NCBI GenBank assembly: GCA_038087875.1
Contig: CM075989.1
Span: 3,472,001-3,536,000, forward strand
Length of the DNA stretch: 64,000 nucleotides
Source of the DNA: Malacoraja senta
Taxonomy: Eukaryota
Direction of reading: 5' to 3'
Every line of letters starts with the position of its first letter. The first letter of the stretch is position 1. Below are positions 26,252 to 37,725 of this stretch, piece by piece. A program made the translations under genes and the position numbers. The notes beneath the pieces are model-generated. The model was not told the DNA's origin, did not search any database, and saw only the letters and a list, made by a program, of their open reading frames with translations.

Positions 26252-26441
26252 TCACACGCACGTGTGACGCATGTGAAAACTGACCACGTACTCCGCGTTG
26301 GTCCTCTGTACTGATATGGCAAATGGTTCGAAAGGATGAAACGTGAAAGCCACGAGGCGCCGCACCGTGTGATTAACCGGCCGGCCCAGCAGCCCTGCTT
26401 GGATTTTGAACTTCAGTAGGCCCGAGTCACGAGCATAAAAT
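26252..26441 (-). CDS. DET1: DET1 last coding exon ([62 protein letters not shown])
   Basis: 190 nt, acceptor gttttttAG, conserved [13 protein letters not shown] motif, TGA at 26254-26252. The four exons sum to 1659 nt. Confidence 0.97.
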
Positions 26442-28128
26442 CTAAAAAACCAAGAAACACAGGTTAGTTTGCGTAGAAAGGAACTGCAGATGCTGTTTTT
26501 TTACCAAAGATAGATGGCACGGTGGCACAACGATAGAGCTGCTGCCTTACGGCGCCAGAGACACGGGTTTGATCCTGACTACGGGTGCTGTCTATATAGA
26601 GATTATACGTCCTCCCCATGACCTGCGTGGGTTTTCCCCGGGTGCTCCGGTCTCCTCCCACACTACAAAGATGTGCAGTTTCATTTCACGTGTAGGTTAA
26701 TTTCAAGAGAGAATTAGATTTAGCTCTTAGGGCTAATGGAATCATGGGAAAAGGGGAAAAAGCAGGAACGGGATATTGATTTTGGGTGATCAGCCATGAT
26801 CATATTGAATGGCGGTGCTGGCTCGAAGGGCCGAATGGCCTACTCCTGCACCTATATTCTAATTGACTTTGGTAAGGATTGTCAATTGTCCCTTGTATGT
26901 CAGATAGTGCTAGGGTACGGGTAATTGCTTGTTGGTGCGGACTCGGAGGGCCGAAGGGCCTGTTTCCGCGGTTTCTCCACACTAAACTAAAATAGACACA
27001 AAATGGTAGGGTAACTCAGTGGGACAGGCAGCATCTTTGGAGAAAAGGAACAGGTGGCATTTCGGGTCAGAACCCTTCTTCAGATTGAAGGATAAAGGTT
27101 GGGGGGTGAGGAAAACTTGAGGCGAGAAACTCCCACAAGTCAGCAGCATAAAAACTGAACTGTTACAGTCAAGAGGTCCCTCACAAATGAGCGGTGAGCA
27201 AGTGAGGGGATAGGTTCTCAAGTATTAAGGTAATTAATTGCATCGACCAGAAGATCCTGGTATCTTCTCCTGGTCTGTGCCAAATTTATTTACTTGAGTA
27301 TTTACAGTTTCTACCTCCACGCAGGGTTAGGGAGCCCCTGAAATGTTGCTATCGTATCTGCCTCCACTACATCCCCTGGCAGCAACATGTGTGAAATTAA
27401 AGCGCAGCTTCATTTTCTACAAAACTGTAAACCAAGAGCAGATCAGCAACTGCAGAACTAGATTACTTTACTTTCTGATAGAGTCAAGAGTGTTTTATTG
27501 TCATATGTCCCAGATAGAACAATGAAATTCTTACTTAGATCAGATACAGCTCGGAAACAGGCCCTTCGGCCCACCGGGTCCGTGCCGACCAGCGATTACC
27601 CTGTACACTAGCACTATCCTACACACACTAAGGACAATTTTTCTTAACCAAAGCCAATTAACCTACAAACTTGTGCGTCTTTGGAATGCGGAAGTAAACC
27701 GGAGATCCCAGAGAAAACCCACGCAGGTCACGGAGAGAACGTACAATCTCCGTAGAGACAAGCACCCGTAGTCGGGATCGAACCCAGGTCTCTGGTACTG
27801 TAAGGCAGCAACTCTACCGCTGCGCCACCGTGCCGCTCAGATGGAGAAACAAAAGATCAGGGAGTGGGGAATGACTTTGTTAGAAAGTGAAACACAAGCT
27901 CATGTGTGATTGCAGCAGAATCTCTGTTACCTTTTAACAAGGTGAAATAATTGAAAACAAAATGGAAACAATTTTTCCCTGGATTGAAGGAAGCTAATTA
28001 TAAAATAAATACAATCATGAGGGGCATAGATAGGGTAGATAGGATCATTATCCTGTGGTAAGGCACCAAAAGCAAGAGGTTTAACGAGAAAAGGATGTAT
28101 AAAAGGGGGTCTGGGAGGGAGGTTTTTC

Positions 28129-31100
28129 TTTTTGATTAATATTTTTATTAGAAGCAAACATATTATAAAGTATAGTAACATATTATAATAGAAAAAAAAA
28201 CTTTTCATATACATCAATCATACATTATTAAAATTGTCAATTGTCGATTAATTCTGCTTCTAGTAGTTTTTTTTTAATATAGATAGAAAAAGAGAGGTAG
28301 AAAGAAAAAAGCATTACAAATATCACAAAAGAAAAGAGGTGGAATGAGTTACTTATAATACGTCATTGGAGATAAGTTCGTAGGTTGTGAAATATAATTT
28401 TACATCTAATCCTGAGTTCAAGCTTCAGTTGGGTTTTCGTGCTGGGCCCATCTATCCCTTCAAATAGTTAATGAATGGAGCCCATATTTTAACAAAAAGT
28501 TCTTGTTTGTCCATTAAGACAAGTCTAATTCTTTCTAGATGTAGGGTCCTATAACCCCCACAATCCACATTTTAGGACCTTCCATGGGAAGATTCTATTT
28601 AGTTTTATTTTGGAGTAATGTAATCTGTGTAAGACTTTAAATTGTATTAAAGCATGTCTGGCATTTAACGAGCATTGATGTATATGTTGTAAACTTTCGT
28701 CCCAAATGTCTTTCGTTATAGAATGACCTAACTCATTTTCCCATGTGTGTCTATATAGTTCCATCGGTGGTACCTCATTGTTTAAGAGGGTGTTATAAAT
28801 ATAAGCTATTAATTTTTCAGTGTTAGGATGCTTATTCAAACATTCATCAAGAATTTCTGGTTCCCTAGTCCTATATACTTGTGTATTAGATTTAACATAA
28901 TCTCTAATTTGTAGCTATCTGAAAAAATTATTTGAGTGTAGTCCATGATTCTGTTGTAACTCTTGAAATGACAGAAAGATGCCTTTCCTATAAAGATGTC
29001 CAATCTTTTTAATTCCATAATTTTTCCATTGTATAAAACCTCTATCCAATATGGATGGCTTGAATAAAGGATTATTTACAATGGGAAGACATAGTGGTAT
29101 ATTATTCAGTTTTAAAGCTTTTTTAAATTGTTTCCAAATTCGTATTCCACTATGTATTATAGGGTTTTCCTTATAGGTTTTTTTATGCAATTTTATGGGA
29201 GCAAATATAATCGAACCAATTTCAAAAGGTAAACAGTCTTCCTTTTCCATCCTTAACCAATCTGGATATTGATCCATTTCTTCCAGCCAGAAATTCATGT
29301 TTTTAGTATGGAATAAAAAATAAAATAAGAAATTTGGCAAAGCCAAACCTCCGTTGCTCTTTGACTTACATAAATGTTTTTTACTTATTCTATGATTCTT
29401 ATAATCCCAAATAAAGCTTGTAACAATGGAGTCGACTTTTTTGAAAAAGTTTTTTGGGATATATATCGGAATTAATTGAAATAGGTACAGTAGTTGCGGT
29501 AAGAAGATCATTTTTATAGCATTAATTCTACCAAGCATTGAAATGGGAATTGTTTTCCAGTACTGAATATTCTTGTGTAATTTATTAAGGGTGGAACATT
29601 TAGTTTAAATAAAGAGGTATATGTCTTAGTTACATAGATCCCTAAATATTTAAGTTTATCTTTAACTATTTTAAAAGGGGATTGTTGCAATATATTTAAA
29701 TTGAATTTTGTTATTGGCATGATTTCACTTTTATTCCAGTTACATAGAGAACTGACCAAATTGAGTTATTAGATTTAATAGATTTGGAATACTAGTTTCT
29801 AACTTTGTGATATATATTAGTACATCATCTGCATATAAGGAAATTTTATTCCTTGTATCTCTAGTGTTGTACCCGTGTATTCCTGGATGGATTCTAACGC
29901 TTTCTGCTAATGGTTCAATTGCAAGAGCAAATAATAGTGGGGATACTGAGCATCCTTGTCTGCAAGCTCTAGAAAGATTACATTTAGCTGATAACCTTTG
30001 GTTTGTTAATATTCTAGCTGTTGGATTGGAGTATAACAGTTTAATCCATGTACAGTACTTCTCTCCTAGTTGAAATTTTTCCATTACCGAAAATAAATAT
30101 GACCATTCTACCTGGTCAAATGCTTTTTCAGCATCTAACGATATAATTGCTAGATCTGCATTAGGAATTCTATTTGTATATATAATATTGAATAGTCTTC
30201 TCAAATTATAAAATGAGTAACGTTTTGGAATAAAACCAGTTTGGTCGGGGTGTATTAATTTGTTAATCACTAAGCTCAACCTATGAGATAGGATTTTGGT
30301 TAATATTTTTTGATCAGTATTTAAGAGAGCTATTGCTCTATATGAACCTGGGTCTTCAGGATCCTTATCCGTTTTTGGTATAAGTATGATTGTAGATTCA
30401 TTTAGAGTTTCTGGGAGTTTCTGTTGAGTATAAACGTATTTGTATAGTGTCTGTAGGCGTGGAGAAATCAGATCGTAATTTTTTAAATAAAATTCAGAGC
30501 TTAGACCATCAGGACCTGGGGCCTTTCCGTTTTTTAAAGATCTAATTCACTCTTCGATATCTTTTACCGTAATTTCTGCATCTAGTGATTCTCTCTCTTT
30601 CTGATCTAAACCTGTAAGGTTACATTTCTGTAGAAATGTTTCCATTCCTGCTGATTGTTCTGTCGTTTTAGATGAGTACAGTTTTTGATAGTATTGTAAA
30701 AATCTATCATTAATATCTTTAGGCAGTGTTAATATTTCTCCCTTGTCTGATCTAATTTTGTAAATTGTTTTTTCCCCGTCCAGTTTACGAAGTTGACGCG
30801 CTATAGTTTTTGTGGTTTATCACCAAATTCAAAGTTTAATTGTTTTGTATGTTGATATAGTTTTATAACTTGGTCTGAGTATATCTTGTTTAACTTATAT
30901 TTCAGTACTGCAATTTTATTGTGTTTTGCCATAGATGGTGCTATTGCATTTTCTATGTCTAATTGCCTTATTTCCATTTCCAAAGTCTGTTGTTTGGCCC
31001 TATTCTCTTTGTTAAGAAATGATTGCGAAGAGATTAATGCTCCTCGCACAAATGCTTTAAATGTTTCCCAAACAAGGGAGGCAGAGATTCCAGGGCTATC

Positions 31101-31371
31101 ATTAGCCTCAAAAAACATATTAATCTGTTTTACGAGATATTCATTACATAGTTTTTCTTTTAAGATTTGGGGATTAAGTCTCCATTGTGTCTGTGTCTCG
31201 GTCATTCCATTTAGTTTAATCATAAATGTTAGTGGAGCATGGTCTGATATTATAATATTATGATATTGTGAGTTATAGGTAAATGGGATATGTTTAGAGT
31301 CTACTAAGAAGTAGTCTATCCTTGAGTAAGTTTTATGCACTGGTGAGTAAAATGAGTATTCTCGACCAGAT
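28129..31371 (-). mobile_element. 5'-truncated, frameshifted L1-clade LINE (APE endonuclease 3' half, RT, C-terminal region, A-rich tail) inserted in a CR1 fragment
   Basis: YSRIDYFLV...ISDHAPL; IHPDQTGF...SLDAEKAFD...RQGCSVSPLLF...YADDVL. 14-bp TSD GAGGGAGGTTTTTC at 28115-28128 and 31372-31385. Confidence 0.92.
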
Positions 31372-31857
31372 GAGGGAGGTTTTTCACACAAAGAGTGACT
31401 GATAGCTGGAAAGTGCTGCCACAGCAGGTGGCGGTGGCAGATATAGGTACTACAGTCAAGAGTCATTTAGACTGGCACTTGAATGGGCAAGGCATGGAAG
31501 GATATTGACCTAAAACAGACAAATGGGATTAGTGTCAATAATCAATAAGATTGGTGCGAACTTGGTGGGTCGAAGGGGCTGTTTCTACATTGTACCACTC
31601 TGCATAATTCGCCATTGGGTAGCAATCAATGAATGTGTGCAAGGGGATAGGCACAAGCTAATACAACCACCCACTTGATGGAATTAAGTTAGTTAAAGCT
31701 AATAGTCTTGGAAATAAAAGCATTGAATTAGGAAATATCATGGAAGCTGCTTGTTTACCCCGTGTGAGTGCCGGAGGGTGGACGAGGACACGCTGCCTAG
31801 AAAACAAAGGACCCAGAGCAGGGGAGGAGCTGCCGAGAATGTTGTGGGACCATTGGG

Positions 31858-32690
31858 ATGATACGATACGACTTTATTTATCCTAGGAGGGAAATTTATC
31901 TGCCAACGGTCATAAAAACACAAAATACATGAAATTAAAGTGACGGGTGGAAAGTATTGGGCATGTGCAAAGATTGGGAGGGGAGTCAGTCTCAGTCTAC
32001 CCCACGACAGAAGGGGGAGGTTGTAGTTTGATAGCTACAGGGAAGAAGTATCTCCTGTGGCATTCTGTGGAGGGGGTGAGCTGTATTGTCCAGGATGCTC
32101 CGCAGTTTGAGGAGCATCCTCCCCTCCAAGACCACCTCCCATGAATCCAACTCCGCCCCCAGGACGGAGCCAGGCTCCCTGATGAGTTTCTTGATCCTAT
32201 TGGCGTTCACGGCCTTCGCCCCAGCGAAGAAGATGGCACTGGCTACCACCGATTGGTAGAACTTCTGCAGCATCTTACTGTAGATGTTGATGGAGCAGAG
32301 CCTTCTCAAAAAGTACAGCAGTCTCTGTTCCTTCTTGTACAGCGCCTCAGTGTTCCTGAACCAGTCCAGTTTACTGTCCAGGTACACTCCCAGGTATTTG
32401 TACTCCCTGCTAAACTGTACATCCACACCATGATGGAGACTGGGGACAGGGGTGTTCCTCTCTCCTAAAGTCCACCACAAACTCCTTAGTCTTAGGTGTT
32501 GTGCTACAGGTGATTCAGCCCACACCACTCAACAAAGTCGTTGACTACACCTCTGTATTCAGCTTCCCTCCCCTCACTGATGCAGCCCACAATTGCAGAG
32601 TTATCTGAAAACTTCTGCAGGTGGCAGGAGATGGAGTTATATCTGGAGCTGGAGGTGTAGATGGTAAACAGGAAGACGCCCTGTGTTGCT
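31858..32690 (-). mobile_element. Rex1/Babar-like LINE 3' fragment
   Basis: HLQKFSDNSAIVGCISEG and EYKYLGVYLDSKLDW...LYFLRRL...FYQSVVASAI; tail aataaa plus (gtatc)n. Confidence 0.75.
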
Positions 32691-32807
32691 CACCACCATG
32701 TCCGAGACACAGTTCTGTAGCCTGCCATTTGTGGAATTCCCTACCAGAGGGCAGTGGAGGCCAAGTCACTGGATGGATTTAAGAGAGAGTTAGATACAGT
32801 TCTAGGG

Positions 32808-33062
32808 CAGGGGTGAGGAACCTTTCATGTTGGAAGGTTGCATTGTTAGCTGTAATCTAACTTCAATTAGATATAGGATTATTTTGTTGAATCTTCTTTT
32901 ACTCTTTGGTATTTTAAATACGTTCATTTTAAGATTGAAATAAAAATAATAAAAGAAGAACAAAAACATTTAATAAAAATAAAAGGATTTGCTCTACAAA
33001 ATTTGGATTCATTCAAAAGGCCATACTCAATGGCCTAGAAGATCGCAGGTTCCCCACCCCTG
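32808..33062. mobile_element. hAT (Charlie-like) MITE inserted in a CR1 tail
   Basis: TIRs CAGGGGTGAGGAACCT / AGGTTCCCCACCCCTG (15/16 match). 8-bp TSD ttctaggg (32800-32807) / ctctaggg (33063-33070). Confidence 0.88.
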
Positions 33063-33408
33063 CTCTAGGGGCTAGTGGAATCAAGGGATATGGGGAGCAG
33101 GCAGGCACGGGTTATTGATTGGGGACGATCAGCCATGATCACAATGAATGGCGGTGCTGGCTCGAGGGGCCGAATGGCCTCCTCCTGCACCTATTTTCTA
33201 TGTTTCTATACCGTGGTCGTCCAGTCAGGTAGTTTGTGTTCCAGGACACTAATGGATCTTTGTCAGTTTGCTCGCTAGCAGTGCAGCTGTGATTGAACAC
33301 CTTGTACTTCGTGGGTGCCTTGCACGTGGCGACTCTTTACATACTTTGCAAATCAAAGAGTTTTGCTGTGACATGTCACATTAGAAAATAAAGTATCAAT
33401 GACGTTAC

Positions 33409-33600
33409 CTGATGGGGTGATCCCCGCAAGTCTTTGGCCGCTCCATCACTGAGACCCACTTGTCATCGTAGCTAAAGAGGGAGAGATCAAGGTACGGGCT
33501 GCTGCTGTACGACTGTGCACTGATGGGGAGCTGCCCAAGCAGTCGCCTCACCGCCTCAGTGTGACCCCCGTATTTGGCATTCACAATAGTGTCTTTAAAC
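33409..33600 (-). CDS. DET1: DET1 third coding exon ([64 protein letters not shown])
   Basis: 192 nt, acceptor tttcAG, donor AG|GTAACG, phase 2 to 2. Confidence 0.97.
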
Positions 33601-34331
33601 CTGAAATAAAGGAAAGGTTTGACAGATTGGAATTGGGACTGCAGTTTGAACAAAGTCTGCTGTGGGTGATGAACTTTGCTGTTCCTCTCTGGCCTGGTTA
33701 TACTGTATCTACACAGCACCAAACTCTGAAAGCATACCACGTATGTGAGCTCTCTACGGTCGAGAAGCTTGCATGTTCTCAGACTGCAGTTTACAGTAAC
33801 AGCAAGAAATATAAATGGCGAGAATGAGAAAACTCCCCAGCTATTTTTACTTCAAATGGCCTCTTTAAACTAGAGAGATACAGCGTGGAAAGAGGCCCTT
33901 CGGCCCACTGAGTCCGCACTGACCAGCTATCACCCCGTACACTAAACCAACAGTCACAGGGAGAACAAACAAACTCCGTAAAGGCAGCACCCGTGGTCAG
34001 GATCGAATCTGGGTCTCTGGCGCTATAAGGCAGTTTCTTCCCCTCTGTTGTGTAGGAATGAACTACAGATGCTGGCTTAAACCAAAGCTAGACACAAAAA
34101 GCTGGAAGAGGTGACAAAGAAGGGTCTGCACAACAGAGCGGAAGAGGCTGTTCCTGGGCCTGGTAGTGCGCGCTTTCAAGCTTCTGTTCCTTCTGCTGGA
34201 TGGGAGCAGGGAGAAGGTGGAATGACTGGGTGGGATAAGTCTTTGATTATGTTGGCTGCTTTACCTTTAGCCAAAAGCAACTGTGAGTGAAATGGAAGAT
34301 AACTATTTGGGATGATGGAGGAACCACTCAC

Positions 34332-34522
34332 CTTCGCTGGATCTGCCTGGCAAAGTTATTGCTGGATGCAGAGCAGGGAAACTGGACTGCTTCACTGTGC
34401 AGGGTAGCGTTTCGATAAAGGTCGCAGAAATTCTCAAACAGTTGTAAAAGCTCGTCGCAAGTATTCTCAAACACAGCCAGGACCCGAGTGGTAACCATGT
34501 TATAAACAACAAAGAACGACGG
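34332..34522 (-). CDS. DET1: DET1 second coding exon ([63 protein letters not shown])
   Basis: 191 nt, acceptor ctctgcAG, donor AG|GTGAGT. Phase 0 to 2 is consistent with the neighbouring exons. Confidence 0.96.
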
Positions 34523-35141
34523 CTGCAGAGGAAAGAACGGACAAGAGGAGAAGATTAGCCTGCGGTACTAATTTCATGCATATTCACACATCCAACATTA
34601 ATAAAGGCCACAAAGTCCCAATGTAACTCAGGGAGGTCACGCTGCATCTCTGGAGAGCATGGGTAAGCGAACCATGTATTTTGAAAATACTATATTAGGG
34701 AACAAGATAATGGTGGTCACCTGAAAATTAATGTGGGACATGGACAAGTAGAGCATAGGACAAGCCCTTCAGCACACAATTCCTGTGCTGAATATGATGG
34801 CAAGTTACACTAATCTCCTCTGCCTGCATGTGACCCTTAACAAGACAGTTATGAGTGTTTTGGACAGAGCGGGGGGGCTTGCAATGAAGTAACAGAACAG
34901 CACAACCCCAAAGTGACAAAAACACTTCCATTTACAGTGCATTCAGAAAGTATTCAGACCCCTTCACTTTTTCCACATTTTGTTACGTTACAGCCTTATT
35001 TTTAAATGGATTAAATTCATTTTTTTTTATCATCAGTCTACACAGAATGAAGAAGCGAAAACAGGTTTAGAAATATTTGCAAAGTAATTAAAAAGAAATA
35101 ACTGAAATATCACATTTACATAAGTATTCATACCCTTTGCT

Positions 35142-35834
35142 ATCCAATATCCATATCTCTATAATTATAAAACTCTGATCGTGTGTGTGTGTGTGTGTGT
35201 GTTTGTTTGTTTGTGAGTGTGTGTGTGATCACATCTTCTCAAAAAAACTACGTGCTAACGGTAAATTTTTACATATTCTGGTAGAGATTTTCCTCCTGGA
35301 GTTCAAAATCACCTTATCTGAAAAATTCATGCTTTATTTCTCGAGTTATTTATGAAAATGTTCACAAATCCGATAAAACGTTGAAAATAAACAAGATGGT
35401 CTCGCTGATGACATCACTATGGATCTGCTGCGCGCAGCCTGCGCTGTGTTCCACGCGCTGCGAGTGACATCACCCCCCTCCACCGAACTCGCAGTCCTTT
35501 GGTTCTCGCCCCCACCGCTGCTACCCGCTCCCCCCTCCTCCTCTCCCACATCTCCTCTCCCCCCTCCCCTTTCCCCCCTCCTCTCTCTCCCACATCTCCT
35601 CCCCCCTCCCCTTTCCCCCCTCCTCTCTCTCCCCCCCTCCCTCTCTCTGCCCTCTCTCTCTACCACCCTCCCTCTTCCTCTCTAGACGCGCCTGCGAGTT
35701 GGGGGCTATGCGTGAGTGGATAGGGTGGGGATGGGGTAAAAGGAGCAAATGAATAATATAATATCAAGGGTGTGTGTGTGTGTGGTGGTTAGAGTGTGTG
35801 TGACGCCACAGGCCCCATCCCCCCCCGCCGCAAC
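35142..35834 (+). mobile_element. Insertion in Tc1, possibly a non-autonomous Helitron-like element
   Basis: Interrupts Tc1 between ccctttgcta and gacacttaaaattgagc. Near its start is a|tctctataattataaaa followed by (gt)n; no canonical hairpin-CTAG end seen. Confidence 0.4.
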
Positions 35835-36933
35835 TGTGACACTTAAAATTGAGCTTCATCCTGTTTCCATTGATTATCCTTGAGATGTTTCTACAACTTG
35901 ATTGGAATCCACCAGTGGTAAATTTCATTGATTGGACATGATTTGGAAAGGCACCCACCTGTCTATATGAGGTCCCACAGTTGACAGTGCAAGTCAGAGC
36001 AAAAACCAAGCCATGAAGATGAAGGAATTGTCCGTAGACCTCCGAGACAGGATCGTGTCGAGACACAGATCTGGGGAAGGGTATAAAACTATTTCTGCAG
36101 CATTGCAGGTCCCGAAGAGCACAGTGGCCTCCGTCATTCTTAAATGGAAGAACTTTGGAACCACCAGGACTCTTCATAGAGCTGGCTGCCCGGCCAAACT
36201 GAGCAATCGGGGGAGAAGGGCCCTGGTCAGGGAGGTGACCAAGAACCCGATGGTCACTCTGACAGCGCTCCAGAGTTCCTCTGTGGAGATGGGAGAACCT
36301 TCCAGAAGGAGAACTATATCTGCAGCACTCCACCAATCAGGCGTTTATGGTAGAGTGACCAGACGGAAGCCACTCCTCAGTAAAAGGCACATGACAGCCC
36401 GCTTAGAGTTTGCCAAAAGGCACCTAAAGGACTCTCAGACCATGAGAAACAATGTTCTCGGGTCTGATGAAACCAAGATTGAACTCTTTGGCCTGAATGC
36501 CAGCGTCACGTCTGGAGGAAACCAGGCACCGCTCATCACCTGGCCAATACCATACCTACGGTGAAGCATGGTGGTGGCAGCATCATACTGTGGGGCTGTT
36601 TTTCAGCGGCAGGAACTGGGAGACTAGTCAGGATTGAGGGAAAGATGAACGGAGCAAAGTACAGAGAGAGCCTTGATGAAAACCTGCTCCAGAGCGTTCT
36701 GGACCTGAGACTAAGGCGGAGGTTCACCTTCCAACAGGACAACGAACCTTAGCACACAGCCAAGACAACGCAGGAGTGGCTTTGTGACAAGTTTGTGAAT
36801 GCCCTTGAGTGGCCCAGCCAGAGCACGCACTTGAACCCGAACAAACATCTCTGGAGGGACCTGAAAATAGCTGTGCATCGACGCTCACCATCCAACCTGA
36901 CAGAGCTTGAGAGGATCTGCAGAGAAGAAATGG

Positions 36934-37725
36934 GGGGCCCTAGGGGGCGCCGTCCTGTGTGGTATGGCTGCTCAGCCTGCAGCTGTCCATTTTCATATTT
37001 TTTTAATTTTTAGTTAGTTAGTTGTTTTGTTTTTTTAGGAGTTCTATTCTTTTTTATGTGGGGGGTGGGGGGGGGGGAAACTACTTTCTAGGGTCCCTAC
37101 CTGGTCGGAGAGGCAGCTTTTCTCCGGGCTGCACCTTCGACCCGTCCTCGCGGCCTACCAGTGGGCCTGGAGCGGCGTTTCCTGAGGGGACCGCCCAGGA
37201 CCTCGGTTTCGGCGGCGGCGCAGCGCTGGAGCGCTATCGCGGAGCGGGTGATGCCTTGCCCGGGTCGCCGCGCTGGAGCTCCGATGAGCTGAGCCCGCAG
37301 GTGAAACATCGCGGAGCTGCGGCGCTGAACTTTAACAACGGGAGCCTGGGATCTCTCGCCGAGATCGCCAGTGGTGGAGCTCCATCCTGTCGGCTTCGGA
37401 AGGCCCGGTCTCGAGTAAGGAGGTGGCCGTTCCAGGTGTCCCAAGCCGCTGAGAGGGTTCTCCCGACACCATCACCTGGCGAGAACGGCCTGGAACATCG
37501 GGCCTCCGTGAAGGCGACTGTGGAGGCCTCAATAGGCCTGACTATGGGTGGACATGGGATGGGGACTGGACTTTGTGCCTTCCCCCACAGTGAGAACCAT
37601 TGTAGGGGGATGTTTTTATGTTTTATGTTAAATTTCTTTAATGTTGTGTCTAATTTGTGCTGCATGGCAAGACAAATTTCACTACACCATTTGGTGTATG
37701 TGACAATAAATGTCCTTTGTCCTTT
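36934..37725 (+). mobile_element. GC-rich non-coding retroposon-like insertion in the Tc1 transposase
   Basis: Splits the transposase at ICREE..EKLPKYRC. Ends gtgacaataaa plus (tgtcctt)n; homologous to 46834-47725. Confidence 0.6.
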
